A DNA stretch of 55,397 bases, taken from the IMG/VR virus record IMGVR_UViG_3300033512_000165, positions 1-55,397 of that record; one strand, written 5' to 3'. Below, one piece after another: positions 27,332-36,026 of this stretch. The notes under the pieces were generated by a model, which was given only the letters and a program-made list of their open reading frames with translations, did not search any database and was not told the origin of the DNA. Numbering within the stretch: the stretch's first letter is position 1; each line of letters begins with the position of its first letter. The position numbers and the translations under genes were made by a program. Source of the stretch: a virus (Duplodnaviria > Caudoviricetes).

Positions 27332-29044
27332 TTATTGAACTAAATTTAGTACAGTTTGATTCATTGCTGATTCAAATAGTTCTTTTGCTGTTTTAGGAAT
27401 TGAAGTTTGTCCTTTTACTCCGAATAAAAATGAAAGAGGACTTAAATCATATCCACTAAAATAATAAACATTTTTAGTATTACCAAATGTTTCAAATTTA
27501 GTTGTAGGATTATTACTATAAAAAGTATTAGGTAAATCAATAAAACAAATACCAAAACTATTTACAAATTCATCTGAATAAACAGTTTTTAATTTATTTA
27601 AACCAAATTGTACATTTGTTTCAACTCTATTTCGTACTGAATTAAATTCTCCATCACTCCAACATAAAATAAAATTAGGTATTTCATTTTCATTTACTGT
27701 AGGATTTTCTTTTCTGAATTGGACAAAGAAATCAAACACACTTTCAAAATTAGTTGAACCATTTCCGTTATTAGGTAAATTTAAGTATTTTTCAGTAAAA
27801 GAACTCCCTTTAAATTTTACCATATTTGTTTTATTTGAGAATGATAAATATGTATTATAGAAAGGACTGTTTGGATACATTTCATTAAAAAATAATACAC
27901 TTGCATTTTGAACTTGAATACTTTTTAATTCTCCTACTTGTCCATTACCAATATACATAGGTGAACTCATACTACCTGAATGGTCGCATACACTAATAGG
28001 TCTAATACCATTATCAACTAATCCCTTTTTAGCTGTTTCAACTAATTTATTGAATTGTTTATCAATTGTTAATTTTTTAAACGATTCTAAATTATTTGTT
28101 ATTTTAACAGCTAATTCGTATGGATAACCATTAAAATTTGCTACTGGCTTACTTTCAATCCATTTAGAATATATTTCTTCTAAATTATTATTTTTAATAA
28201 ATTTACCAGATACTAAATTTATTAATGCTTTTCCTCCAACAGTATTCCAATTAATTTGTAAAAAATTATTTTGGGATATTAGTTGTTGCCATTCATGAGC
28301 TTTACCTGAACTTTTTAATTTTCTGTATTGTTTATATGTTTTACCTGTATTATCAGTTGTACCAAATAATAAAGAACAAATCCATTTACCTATCATATTA
28401 TCAGCTTGTGATTCTAATGTTCTACAATCAGATTTAGTTCTAATTGAAGGTAAATATTTTTTTACTAAATCTGAAGTTTTTTCGTTTTCTAATCCTGATA
28501 ATATTACTTTACCAATAAAATTCCAATCTAATTTTCTATCTTCCCATCCATTATATTGCAAATCAATATTTAACATTGTGATAATATCTTTCCAACTTCC
28601 TACAGAGATAAAAATAGGTAAATTATTATAAAATGATTGTTTGTTTTTTAAATATAACCAATACATTCTAATAATTGATTCATATCTTAATCCTGCTCCA
28701 CGTTGTGTTTCATCAATTAATCCATACCCAATAACAAATGTTTTTGGTCGTGTTATCATTCGTAAATACATAATAAATTTAATTGAATCTACTTTATTAA
28801 TACTCCAAATTGTATTGCAATCATTTTCAATTTCATTATAAGGTCGTTGTGCCAAATATTTTGAAACATTTGAGAATTGGTCCACAAATTCATCTCCACT
28901 TGTATTATATTTTAATGAGCCATTACTTAATGTTTCTGCTGTTTTCTTTAATCCAAAATTTATAAATGGATTATTACTGTTGTTTTCTACAGATGCTACT
29001 TTTTCAGTAACTTCAAATAATTTTTGTTTTTTGCTGTTTAACAT
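27332..29044 (-). CDS. DUF2828-like (TROVE/Ro60-like helical domain) protein with C-terminal vWA domain
   Basis: NG...Y.TSG...VD.F, RGAG.R, GSWKD, KYLP, YRKL; MIDAS DHSGSM, STNF, SDGEFN. Confidence 0.8.
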   Translation of the reverse strand: MLNSKKQKLFEVTEKVASVENNSNNPFINFGLKKTAETLSNGSLKYNTSGDEFVDQFSNVSKYLAQRPYNEIENDCNTIWSINKVDSIKFIMYLRMITRPKTFVIGYGLIDETQRGAGLRYESIIRMYWLYLKNKQSFYNNLPIFISVGSWKDIITMLNIDLQYNGWEDRKLDWNFIGKVILSGLENEKTSDLVKKYLPSIRTKSDCRTLESQADNMIGKWICSLLFGTTDNTGKTYKQYRKLKSSGKAHEWQQLISQNNFLQINWNTVGGKALINLVSGKFIKNNNLEEIYSKWIESKPVANFNGYPYELAVKITNNLESFKKLTIDKQFNKLVETAKKGLVDNGIRPISVCDHSGSMSSPMYIGNGQVGELKSIQVQNASVLFFNEMYPNSPFYNTYLSFSNKTNMVKFKGSSFTEKYLNLPNNGNGSTNFESVFDFFVQFRKENPTVNENEIPNFILCWSDGEFNSVRNRVETNVQFGLNKLKTVYSDEFVNSFGICFIDLPNTFYSNNPTTKFETFGNTKNVYYFSGYDLSPLSFLFGVKGQTSIPKTAKELFESAMNQTVLNLVQ

Positions 29045-29073
29045 CTTTTTTTAGTTTTTATTGTTAATATTAT

Positions 29074-29142
29074 CGAATGAGTTTTTAAATTAGTCAAATT
29101 ATTGTTTTGATTTTTTATATTTGTTTTTGCAGTAACTCATTC
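29074..29142 (-). ncRNA. ACUGCA stem RNA E directly upstream of the DUF2828 gene
   Basis: GAAUGAGUU-ACUGCA...AAUU-UGACU-AAUU...AACUCAUUC-G. Confidence 0.65.
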
Positions 29143-29285
29143 CGTTTTTATTTAAATTAAGTAATTTATTTTTAATTTAATTTATCAATAAAAAATTTAG
29201 CTTCCTGAACTCCGAATATTTCACTCATTCCTTTAAATTTTTTACTACTTCTGTATTTGTCATTTTGATTAAAGATTAAATAACG

Positions 29286-29374
29286 GCTTATAACACAGTG
29301 TTAAAGTTTATACTGGATTTGATAGTTTTGTGCTTTTTAATCAATTACCGAGCATATTATTTTTCGTTATAGGC
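29286..29374 (+). other. degenerate attC-like site
   Basis: GCTTATAAC...CGTTATAGGC complementary ends (8/9); inner arms decayed. Confidence 0.4.
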
Positions 29375-29410
29375 GATAAAAGATTTACGATTATTGTACT
29401 TGTTTTTTAA

Positions 29411-29794
29411 TTATTGAACTTCAACTTTGAATTCATTACCCGTTTCATCAAAGAAACTAATTGAAAACAAATTATAAGAGTTCCAACCTAAATCTCCTTC
29501 GGAGAATGGGTTAAATCGTATTTCGTCAAAATAATCAGAATAATTTTCAACTGTTTTATCCAAATTTTCATAAAATTCGTCAAACCATGACTCACTTATA
29601 TCGTCAGGATTGCACCCTCTAATACCTGAAACGAAATTAGATATTTCTTCAATAAAAGCATTTAAGAAAGGATTGTCTTTTGAAATAATACTTTCAAAAA
29701 TAGTATTATCATTACTAATCATATAATCGTGTGATAAAACATAACAATTTTTTAATTGATTTTCTACTTTTTTGCCAATTTTAATTTTTTTCAT
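29411..29794 (-). CDS. acidic hypothetical protein (possible relic cassette)
   Basis: 127-aa ORF next to the attC-like relic. Confidence 0.65.
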   Translation of the reverse strand: MKKIKIGKKVENQLKNCYVLSHDYMISNDNTIFESIISKDNPFLNAFIEEISNFVSGIRGCNPDDISESWFDEFYENLDKTVENYSDYFDEIRFNPFSEGDLGWNSYNLFSISFFDETGNEFKVEVQ

Positions 29795-29934
29795 TTTTGA
29801 TAATTTTTAGATATTAATACTATGATAATTAAATAAATGCACCTAATATATTATGGTCGATTATTGACTGTTTTGATGCAAACTTTAAACTTTTTTACTA
29901 TTTAGAACATTTGTGTTAATAAGTGTTAAATTTA

Positions 29935-30168
29935 TTATGTACAAATAAAATGAACAAAAACTATATTTTCATTTTTATTTACAACAGTTGTATCTCTTAA
30001 ATACGAATTATCTCCATACCAATCATAAATCAATTTATTATTAAAATTTAATGAATTAATACTTGACTCGATTATAGCATATTGAAATATATCGTTATGA
30101 TAACATTCAAATACTACTTTATATTCAGTTCCAAAATGTTTATCTCTATTTTCTTTATATTCGTTCAT
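29935..30168 (-). CDS. hypothetical protein
   Basis: ORF in early operon. Confidence 0.55.
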   Translation of the reverse strand: MNEYKENRDKHFGTEYKVVFECYHNDIFQYAIIESSINSLNFNNKLIYDWYGDNSYLRDTTVVNKNENIVFVHFICT

Positions 30169-30195
30169 AAATAATTATTTTATATTGTTGTTTTA

Positions 30196-30432
30196 TTAAT
30201 TAATATTTTCTCTTTTACTCAATTCTTCTTTAATTAAATTTAAATATCTGTTCCAATCATTATATTTAATTTGTTCCTTTTCATAACCTAATTTAATATC
30301 CCACATAAATTCAACATTATCAAATCCATAGTAATATTCTGAAATAGAAACTTTATATCTTTTTCTTTCTGCTTTATAATATGATAAAAGTCGTTTAGTA
30401 TTTAATTTTTTTAATTCTTCTATTGTTTTCAT
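30196..30432 (-). CDS. hypothetical protein
   Basis: ORF with ATGA overlap. Confidence 0.65.
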   Translation of the reverse strand: MKTIEELKKLNTKRLLSYYKAERKRYKVSISEYYYGFDNVEFMWDIKLGYEKEQIKYNDWNRYLNLIKEELSKRENIN

Positions 30433-30974
30433 TTTATAATATTATTAAGTTTAGTTAAATAATTTTGTTCGATTGGTACACCTGTATCATTTATAAATAA
30501 AAATAATTGTACTTTTTGTCTATCTGTTAAATTATCATGTCCTCCATTATCAATCATTGCAACATTGATTGGTATTGAATTAAAAAAACGTTTATCTGTT
30601 AAAGTGAAATTGTTAAAATAATAACTGTTATTATCTGGAGCACAAATACTAAATTTATTTTCTATAAATTCTATAATTGTATTTATACGTTGTTTTCCAT
30701 CTATTATTTCATATATACCGTCTCTATCCCAATTAACATATATAGTAAATTTTCCTACATCTTTTCCTTCCAATAAAGATATTATAAATTTTTGTTTTTG
30801 TTCTAATGTCCAACATAAATCTCTTTGAAGATTTATATTATATGTTGATAAAAATACATTATCATCAAAACCAATATCTTTTTGATGGGTAAAAGTAATA
30901 AATCCAATCTCTCTGGTTGAATATCTCAATAGCTTTGAAAAAGTGTTATCAAATAAGTTTAATATTGTTTTCAT
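30429..30974 (-). CDS. stand-alone DUF262 (ParB/Srx-like) domain protein
   Basis: QRDLCW, FIISLL, IIDGKQR, F..IN..G.P. Confidence 0.85.
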   Translation of the reverse strand: MKTILNLFDNTFSKLLRYSTREIGFITFTHQKDIGFDDNVFLSTYNINLQRDLCWTLEQKQKFIISLLEGKDVGKFTIYVNWDRDGIYEIIDGKQRINTIIEFIENKFSICAPDNNSYYFNNFTLTDKRFFNSIPINVAMIDNGGHDNLTDRQKVQLFLFINDTGVPIEQNYLTKLNNIIK

Positions 30975-31000
30975 TTTTTTATGTTTTAAAATTTATATTA

Positions 31001-31055
31001 CAAAGATAAACTATTTTATTTATAAATACAAATTATTTATGTTAATAAAAGTTAA
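31001..31055 (-). promoter_or_regulatory. early promoter with TTAAC repeat
   Basis: Same consensus as the other copies. Confidence 0.85.
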
Positions 31056-31075
31056 AATTAAAAAAATAATTTTTA

Positions 31076-31089
31076 GTATTTATATAAAA
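31076..31089 (+). promoter_or_regulatory. putative late promoter
   Basis: GTATTTATATAAAA. Confidence 0.65.
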
Positions 31090-31100
31090 TATTACTAATT

Positions 31101-31409
31101 ATGTACATTTATTTAATAAACGAAACAAATACAAATAATTATAAAATAGGTTATGCTAAAGATGTTAATAAAAGAATTAAACAATTACAAACATCTAATT
31201 CTAATAAACTAAATATAATAAATACATATAAAATAAAAAATACTTCTAAATGGACTAAATTAGAAATTATGATACATAATCATTATAAATTTAAAAGATT
31301 AAATGGAGAATGGTTTAATTTAGAATATAATGATACTATTGATTTTATATCAGTATGTGAACAAAAAGATAAAATTATTGATTTAATGATTGATAATCCC
31401 TTTTTTTAA
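31101..31409 (+). CDS. GIY-YIG family (T5orf172-like) nuclease domain protein
   Basis: YIYLI, YKIGY, RIKQLQT, E..IH, GEWF. Confidence 0.88.
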   Translation: MYIYLINETNTNNYKIGYAKDVNKRIKQLQTSNSNKLNIINTYKIKNTSKWTKLEIMIHNHYKFKRLNGEWFNLEYNDTIDFISVCEQKDKIIDLMIDNPFF

Positions 31410-31434
31410 ATAATAACTAAAAATAAAATAAAAC

Positions 31435-31899
31435 ATGACAACAAAACAAAAACAATTATTGGAATCATTTATATCGAAAGTAGTTAAACGAGTATTAAAT
31501 GAACAAACAGAAAGAAAAGATTATGGATTTTCTATTAGTACTTCAGATGAACATACAATATCAATGAATGCAGAAGATGATAATAAAACTCTAACTAAAA
31601 AAGATTGGAGTTTAATTAATAAAGATATTTCTAAAATAGAAGAAAATATTATTAAATGGTTAGATACAATAGGAACTGCTCGTGATGAAGGACACGGTAG
31701 TGATGATTCACTTGTAGGAACATTTTTTATTGATTCAAATCATGAGTTTGTTGAAGTTATTGATGAAGTGATTGAACAAAACGAACCTTTGCGTACAAGT
31801 TCAGGTACATTGACTGACCATATTGATGATAGTAAAATTTGGCAAGGTACATCAAAATTATCAAAATATATTGATGTTGAAGTAAAATTTTTTAATTAA
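31435..31899 (+). CDS. putative virion internal protein, acidic (leader MTTKQKQLLESFISKVVKRVLNE)
   Basis: Shared leader. Confidence 0.7.
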   Translation: MTTKQKQLLESFISKVVKRVLNEQTERKDYGFSISTSDEHTISMNAEDDNKTLTKKDWSLINKDISKIEENIIKWLDTIGTARDEGHGSDDSLVGTFFIDSNHEFVEVIDEVIEQNEPLRTSSGTLTDHIDDSKIWQGTSKLSKYIDVEVKFFN

Positions 31900-31903
31900 A
31901 AAT

Positions 31904-31931
31904 AAAACCTACTTAATTTAAAGTAGGTTTT
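31904..31931. terminator. intrinsic terminator
   Basis: AAAACCTACTT...AAGTAGGTTTT. Confidence 0.85.
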
Positions 31932-31944
31932 TTAATTTTATATT

Positions 31945-32328
31945 GTGTATAATTCAACAACTTCTTTCAATGAAAAAATTGAGTTAATAGAAATCAATCC
32001 AGTTTATTCAAGTTTTATAGGAAATATTATATATAATTATTTCGACCCAGTTAATTCTTCAATAGAGATAGGACGAAGAGGAATAATTAAGTATATAAAA
32101 AACAACAAATTTTATCCAGTATTAACGAGTACAATAATTGACGCTATGACAAATAGATTTAAATCTATTGTAGATGTTCAATATATTAAAGATTGTGAAA
32201 GTTGGATAGAATTATATAAAAATACAAAATCTCTAAATATTATATATCGAGTACAATTAGATGATGTAAGTCACCAATTGTTCAGCTTAAACACTATAAA
32301 AAGTAAAGTAAATTATATTACTTTTTAA
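31945..32328 (+). CDS. hypothetical protein (GTG start, uncertain)
   Basis: 127-aa ORF converging on the integrase. Confidence 0.4.
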   Translation: MYNSTTSFNEKIELIEINPVYSSFIGNIIYNYFDPVNSSIEIGRRGIIKYIKNNKFYPVLTSTIIDAMTNRFKSIVDVQYIKDCESWIELYKNTKSLNIIYRVQLDDVSHQLFSLNTIKSKVNYITF

Positions 32329-33039
32329 TTATTTTGTATTGTTTAAGTATATAGTGAAGCATGAATGTCTTAATAAATGAAAATGATATTTTTCACCTAA
32401 ATATTTTTTAACTATTTGATTGCAACTTGTTGATGAATATTTTAAACTATTTTGTCCATTAAATAAATATTCTTTTGGTTTATAGTTTTTAAAATATTCT
32501 CTTAATAATTCAAATATATTTTGGGATAATGGTACAATTCTATCTTTTTTACCCTTTCCATTTTTAATATTGATTATCATTCGTTTAGAATCTATATCTT
32601 CTATTTTTAAATTTATAACTTCTGAAACTCTTAATCCAACAGAAAACCCAAGTGAAATAATAGCTTTATGTTTTAAATTTTCTATTTTAGATATTTGTTT
32701 TAATAGAAAATCTTTTTCTATTATTTGTGGTAATTTTCTTTCACTTGTAGGTCGTTCAATTTTTGATAAATGAATATCCTTTTTATTCAAACAATATTTA
32801 TAAAACAATTTTAATGAATTTATAATTTGATTTTGTTGTGCAATAGAAGAATATTTAAAATTTAATAAATATTCATCCAAATCCTTTAATGTTAATTCAT
32901 ACGTATTTTTAGTAAAATTATTAATATATAATTTTGCATAATAAACATACATATTAATTGTTCTAAAACTATAATTTTTAACTCTTAAATTATTTTCAAA
33001 AATTTCAAGAGTTGATTTACCTTTTGTATTCATAATCAA
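32329..33039 (-). pseudogene. tyrosine recombinase (SAM-like N-domain, integron-integrase-like), C-terminally truncated
   Basis: NYSFRTI..Y, GLRVSEV, KGKKDR, HLLRHS, then stop; lacks the box II GH...T..Y with the catalytic Tyr. Confidence 0.85.
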
Positions 33040-33079
33040 TAAATTAAATATACTTGTTTATATATAATAGTTAGCAGTA
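33040..33079 (+). other. attI-like primary recombination site
   Basis: GTTAGCAGTA at 33070 just upstream of the integrase start, no preceding palindrome; complementary to TACTGCTAAC at 33974. Confidence 0.6.
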
Positions 33080-33091
33080 ATACTACATTTG

Positions 33092-33880
33092 TTATCCGAT
33101 TTGAGTTTCATCTGTAATATCTTTTTCTTTTCTTTTTTCTTCCACCCTTTTTAAAGAAATATCATAATGGTCTTTTACCAATTCACTTCCAATATAATAA
33201 CATTCATTTTCAATACAACTTAATTCAGTAGTACCTATTCCTGAAAATGGTTCATAAATTAAACTACCTTTTGGAAAGTAAATATTTATCAACTGATTTG
33301 CTAAATCTTGTGAAAATGATGCTTTTAATTGACATTGGTATCCATCATTATTTCTTGCTTCAATATAATTCACATAGTTTTTGTAGAACTTCTGTCCAGT
33401 TTTTTCATTTACCTTACTTATTTCTTTATTAGTTTTGAATGTGTGTAAGTGTTCCTTTTTTACAAAAACATAAATCAATTCAGTAATCCTACTCAATTTA
33501 GTTGGCGAAGTTTGAAATGGTATTGCATTTGGCTTTTTCCAACAAATTATATCCGCAATAGTTAAATCAGTTTCATTATGGATTTTAGCAACCAATAATG
33601 TAGGCAATATTGGATTTTCCTTTGCATACGATATGTTGTAACAAATCACACCAGTATCATTAATAACTCTTGAAAATTCTTTAAACTCATTAGTTCTTAC
33701 CTCAAGATAATCATTTTCACTTAATCCATCTAATTCTGAGTATCCATTATTGTAATAACAATCACTTCGTTCCGTATTGATATTATATGGTGGTGATGTG
33801 ATTATTCCATCAATAGATTTATCTTGAAGTCTTTTCAAGGTAATCTTACAATCTTCGTTATAAATTATATTTCGTTTCAT
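33092..33880 (-). CDS. amino-DNA methyltransferase (probably N4-cytosine, beta class), cassette 1
   Basis: TSPPYN, W.K, EPFSGIGTT. Confidence 0.9.
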   Translation of the reverse strand: MKRNIIYNEDCKITLKRLQDKSIDGIITSPPYNINTERSDCYYNNGYSELDGLSENDYLEVRTNEFKEFSRVINDTGVICYNISYAKENPILPTLLVAKIHNETDLTIADIICWKKPNAIPFQTSPTKLSRITELIYVFVKKEHLHTFKTNKEISKVNEKTGQKFYKNYVNYIEARNNDGYQCQLKASFSQDLANQLINIYFPKGSLIYEPFSGIGTTELSCIENECYYIGSELVKDHYDISLKRVEEKRKEKDITDETQIG

Positions 33881-33973
33881 TTTTAATTTTTCAAATTAAT
33901 ATTTTTCCACCGCACAAAAATAAAACAAAAAGGTTCAGTTCTCCGAATGAGCATTTGTGGTTAATTACCGTAC

Positions 33974-34031
33974 TACTGCTAACAGCGTATAAAAAACATT
34001 AAAACGATTTTTTATACGCAAAACGTTAGAA
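33974..34031 (+). other. attC-like site 1
   Basis: TACTGCTAAC-A-GCGTATAAAAAA...TTTTTTATACGC-AAAAC-GTTAGAA. Confidence 0.8.
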
Positions 34032-34040
34032 AAATATTGC

Positions 34041-34289
34041 TTAAAGCGTTCTATGAAAATCACAATAAACACTACCATCATCCGCATCTTTATCACACAT
34101 AGCATTGCAACATTTTCTAACAATAGGTATAACTAATAATTTTGCTTGCTGTAGTGCTTCGATAAACCTATCCTCTGTCATAGCTTGTATCACCTCGCCT
34201 TGTATCATATCTGTACCTATATCAAGCCACGTATCTGCATAGCAATCGGATAGGTTTTTAAACATTTGTCTTAATTCAAGTTCATTCAT
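34041..34289 (-). CDS. hypothetical protein with C-terminal Cys/His cluster, cassette 2
   Basis: 82 aa; starts inside the attC-2 loop. Confidence 0.65.
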   Translation of the reverse strand: MNELELRQMFKNLSDCYADTWLDIGTDMIQGEVIQAMTEDRFIEALQQAKLLVIPIVRKCCNAMCDKDADDGSVYCDFHRTL

Positions 34290-34350
34290 ATTATTAAATT
34301 TTAGTGTTAATTATCGCAAAATTACATAGTTATACCTACATTCGTTAGCG
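34113..34350 (+). other. attC-like site 2 with about 170-nt loop
   Basis: TTTTCTAAC-AA-TAGGTATAACTA-A-TAATTTTGC ... GCAAAATTA-CA-TAGTTATACCTA-CATTC-GTTAGCG. Confidence 0.75.
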
Positions 34351-34617
34351 GTTACTGGAATCATAACGATATTGAGCGATTAACATTTTTTGTTCAAAAG
34401 TTAATTCTTTTTCTTTATTGTTTACCAAATATTTACTTTTTGCAATCGAATAACTGATGCGTGAATATAAAATTAAATCTAACATATCTTGTCTGGAATT
34501 ATATGTTTCTTTGTAAATAATAATATCGTTTTTTATTAGTGTTTTTAACTCGTCATCTGATTTTATAATTACATCAAATAATATTGATGTGAAAAAATTT
34601 TCTAATTTAATATTCAT
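34345..34617 (-). CDS. hypothetical protein, cassette 3
   Basis: Its TAA stop is the TTA of the GTTA core. Confidence 0.6.
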   Translation of the reverse strand: MNIKLENFFTSILFDVIIKSDDELKTLIKNDIIIYKETYNSRQDMLDLILYSRISYSIAKSKYLVNNKEKELTFEQKMLIAQYRYDSSNR

Positions 34618-34658
34618 TTTATTTTTAATTTAAGTTTTTACTAATTAAACCGCACTGT

Positions 34659-34751
34659 GTATAACAACGTGTATAAAACATAGCCAATTAAGGTATGTGA
34701 TTTATATCAAGTATTTACTATGGCTACGTTTCATACACGCAACCGTTATGG
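34659..34751 (+). other. attC-like site 3
   Basis: GTATAAC..CGTGTATAAAACATAGCCA...TGGCTACGTTTCATACACG..GTTATGG (arms 17/19). Confidence 0.8.
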
Positions 34752-35015
34752 TTAATTAAACACATACCATTCACCATCTATTGACAACTCTAATTGTAAA
34801 TAAGGTATTTTATCTATATCTTCAATACTTAATTTATAATTCACATTCGGTATTAGTGGTTTAAATGAATTAGAGTTGTAATCATCATTATAACCATTTT
34901 CATATAAATAAAAAACTACATCTGAATCCACCTTCTCTAATGTTGTTTTATCTGCAAGTTCATATTGATATTTATCAAATATTTCACTTATTTTTTCTTT
35001 ATATTCGCTATTCAT
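34752..35015 (-). CDS. acidic hypothetical protein, cassette 4
   Basis: 87-aa ORF bounded by GTTATGGTTA and TAACCATAAC. Confidence 0.65.
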   Translation of the reverse strand: MNSEYKEKISEIFDKYQYELADKTTLEKVDSDVVFYLYENGYNDDYNSNSFKPLIPNVNYKLSIEDIDKIPYLQLELSIDGEWYVFN

Positions 35016-35031
35016 ATTTATTAAAATTAAC

Positions 35032-35128
35032 TAACCATAACAAGCAACATAAAACAGTTGCCGTTAGGCTTATTATTAAATTTGAAACGTCTTACAAGGC
35101 AACCGTTTCATATTGCCGACCGTTATGT
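35032..35128 (+). other. attC-like site 4
   Basis: TAACCATAAC..GCAACATAAAACAGTTGCC...GGCAACCGTTTCATATTGC..GTTATGT (arms 16/19). Confidence 0.8.
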
Positions 35129-35134
35129 GTAATT

Positions 35135-35662
35135 TTAAGAAAGACCGTGCAAGTGTTCAGCATCCTGCGGAGTTCCAGCAAAATTTATATATCGAAACCA
35201 ACTAATTTTATCTTCATCAGTAAATTTATTTCCATAATCTTCATTTACGATATAATATGGAAACATAAATCCTGCAATTACTCCTTGATAATCTTCGGGT
35301 AAATCTCTAAAATAATAGCTTTGTTCATCAATTACTAAATCATAATTCCCTTTGTAAAATTCAATCATTGCTGATAATCTTTGCTTACCGTCAATCACTT
35401 GGTAGGTTCCTTTTATATCTTGTTTTTCAGCTACAATATTTAACATTGCCATTCTTGGTATATGCCTATTCATTAAAATAGACCATATCAATTCCCTTTT
35501 TTGTTCAAAAGTCCATACATAATTTCTTTGTAAATTTCTGCCTTTAGTTGGCAAATAAACATCAAAATCAATATTGCAATTTTCAGCAAAAAACTTAATA
35601 CTGCTATTAATTTCTTGCGGATGAAATCTCAAAACGGTTCTTAATTCTCTTATTGTTTTCAT
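35135..35662 (-). CDS. stand-alone DUF262 domain protein (terminal cassette)
   Basis: LQRNYVW, LIWSIL, VIDGKQRL, F..INFAGTP. Confidence 0.85.
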   Translation of the reverse strand: MKTIRELRTVLRFHPQEINSSIKFFAENCNIDFDVYLPTKGRNLQRNYVWTFEQKRELIWSILMNRHIPRMAMLNIVAEKQDIKGTYQVIDGKQRLSAMIEFYKGNYDLVIDEQSYYFRDLPEDYQGVIAGFMFPYYIVNEDYGNKFTDEDKISWFRYINFAGTPQDAEHLHGLS

Positions 35663-35686
35663 TTTATTTAATTTTAAATTATATCA

Positions 35687-35742
35687 CAAAGATAAAACAT
35701 TTATTAACAGAATACAAATTAATTTGTGTTAATAAATGTTAA
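35687..35742 (-). promoter_or_regulatory. early promoter reading into the cassette array
   Basis: TTAACATTTATTAACA..TTTG..TATCTTTG. Confidence 0.85.
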
Positions 35743-35743
35743 A

Positions 35744-35989
35744 TTATAATTTTGTTTCCTCATATAAATCAGACGCATTATTCTTCATATATTCACTAAT
35801 TTTTTGATATGATTTTGAAACACTATTTTCATTAAATCCTCTATATTTAACTCTTGCAGGATAAACGGATTTAACTTCATCATTTTCAACTTCAAAAACT
35901 ATTGCCCAACCAAATACATGCAATATTTGATTAATAAATAATACTAATCCTGTATTTCTAAACTCATTCCAATCTTTTTTTGTTACCAT
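35744..35989 (-). CDS. hypothetical protein
   Basis: 81-aa ORF. Confidence 0.7.
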   Translation of the reverse strand: MVTKKDWNEFRNTGLVLFINQILHVFGWAIVFEVENDEVKSVYPARVKYRGFNENSVSKSYQKISEYMKNNASDLYEETKL

Positions 35990-36026
35990 TTTAATTTTTA
36001 TTTTAATTTTTATTTTAATTTTTATT

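Noticed and set aside
32329-33039. Prophage integrase indicating lysogeny
   Set aside because: Truncated, associated with attC-like cassettes, and no repressor or host junction in the window
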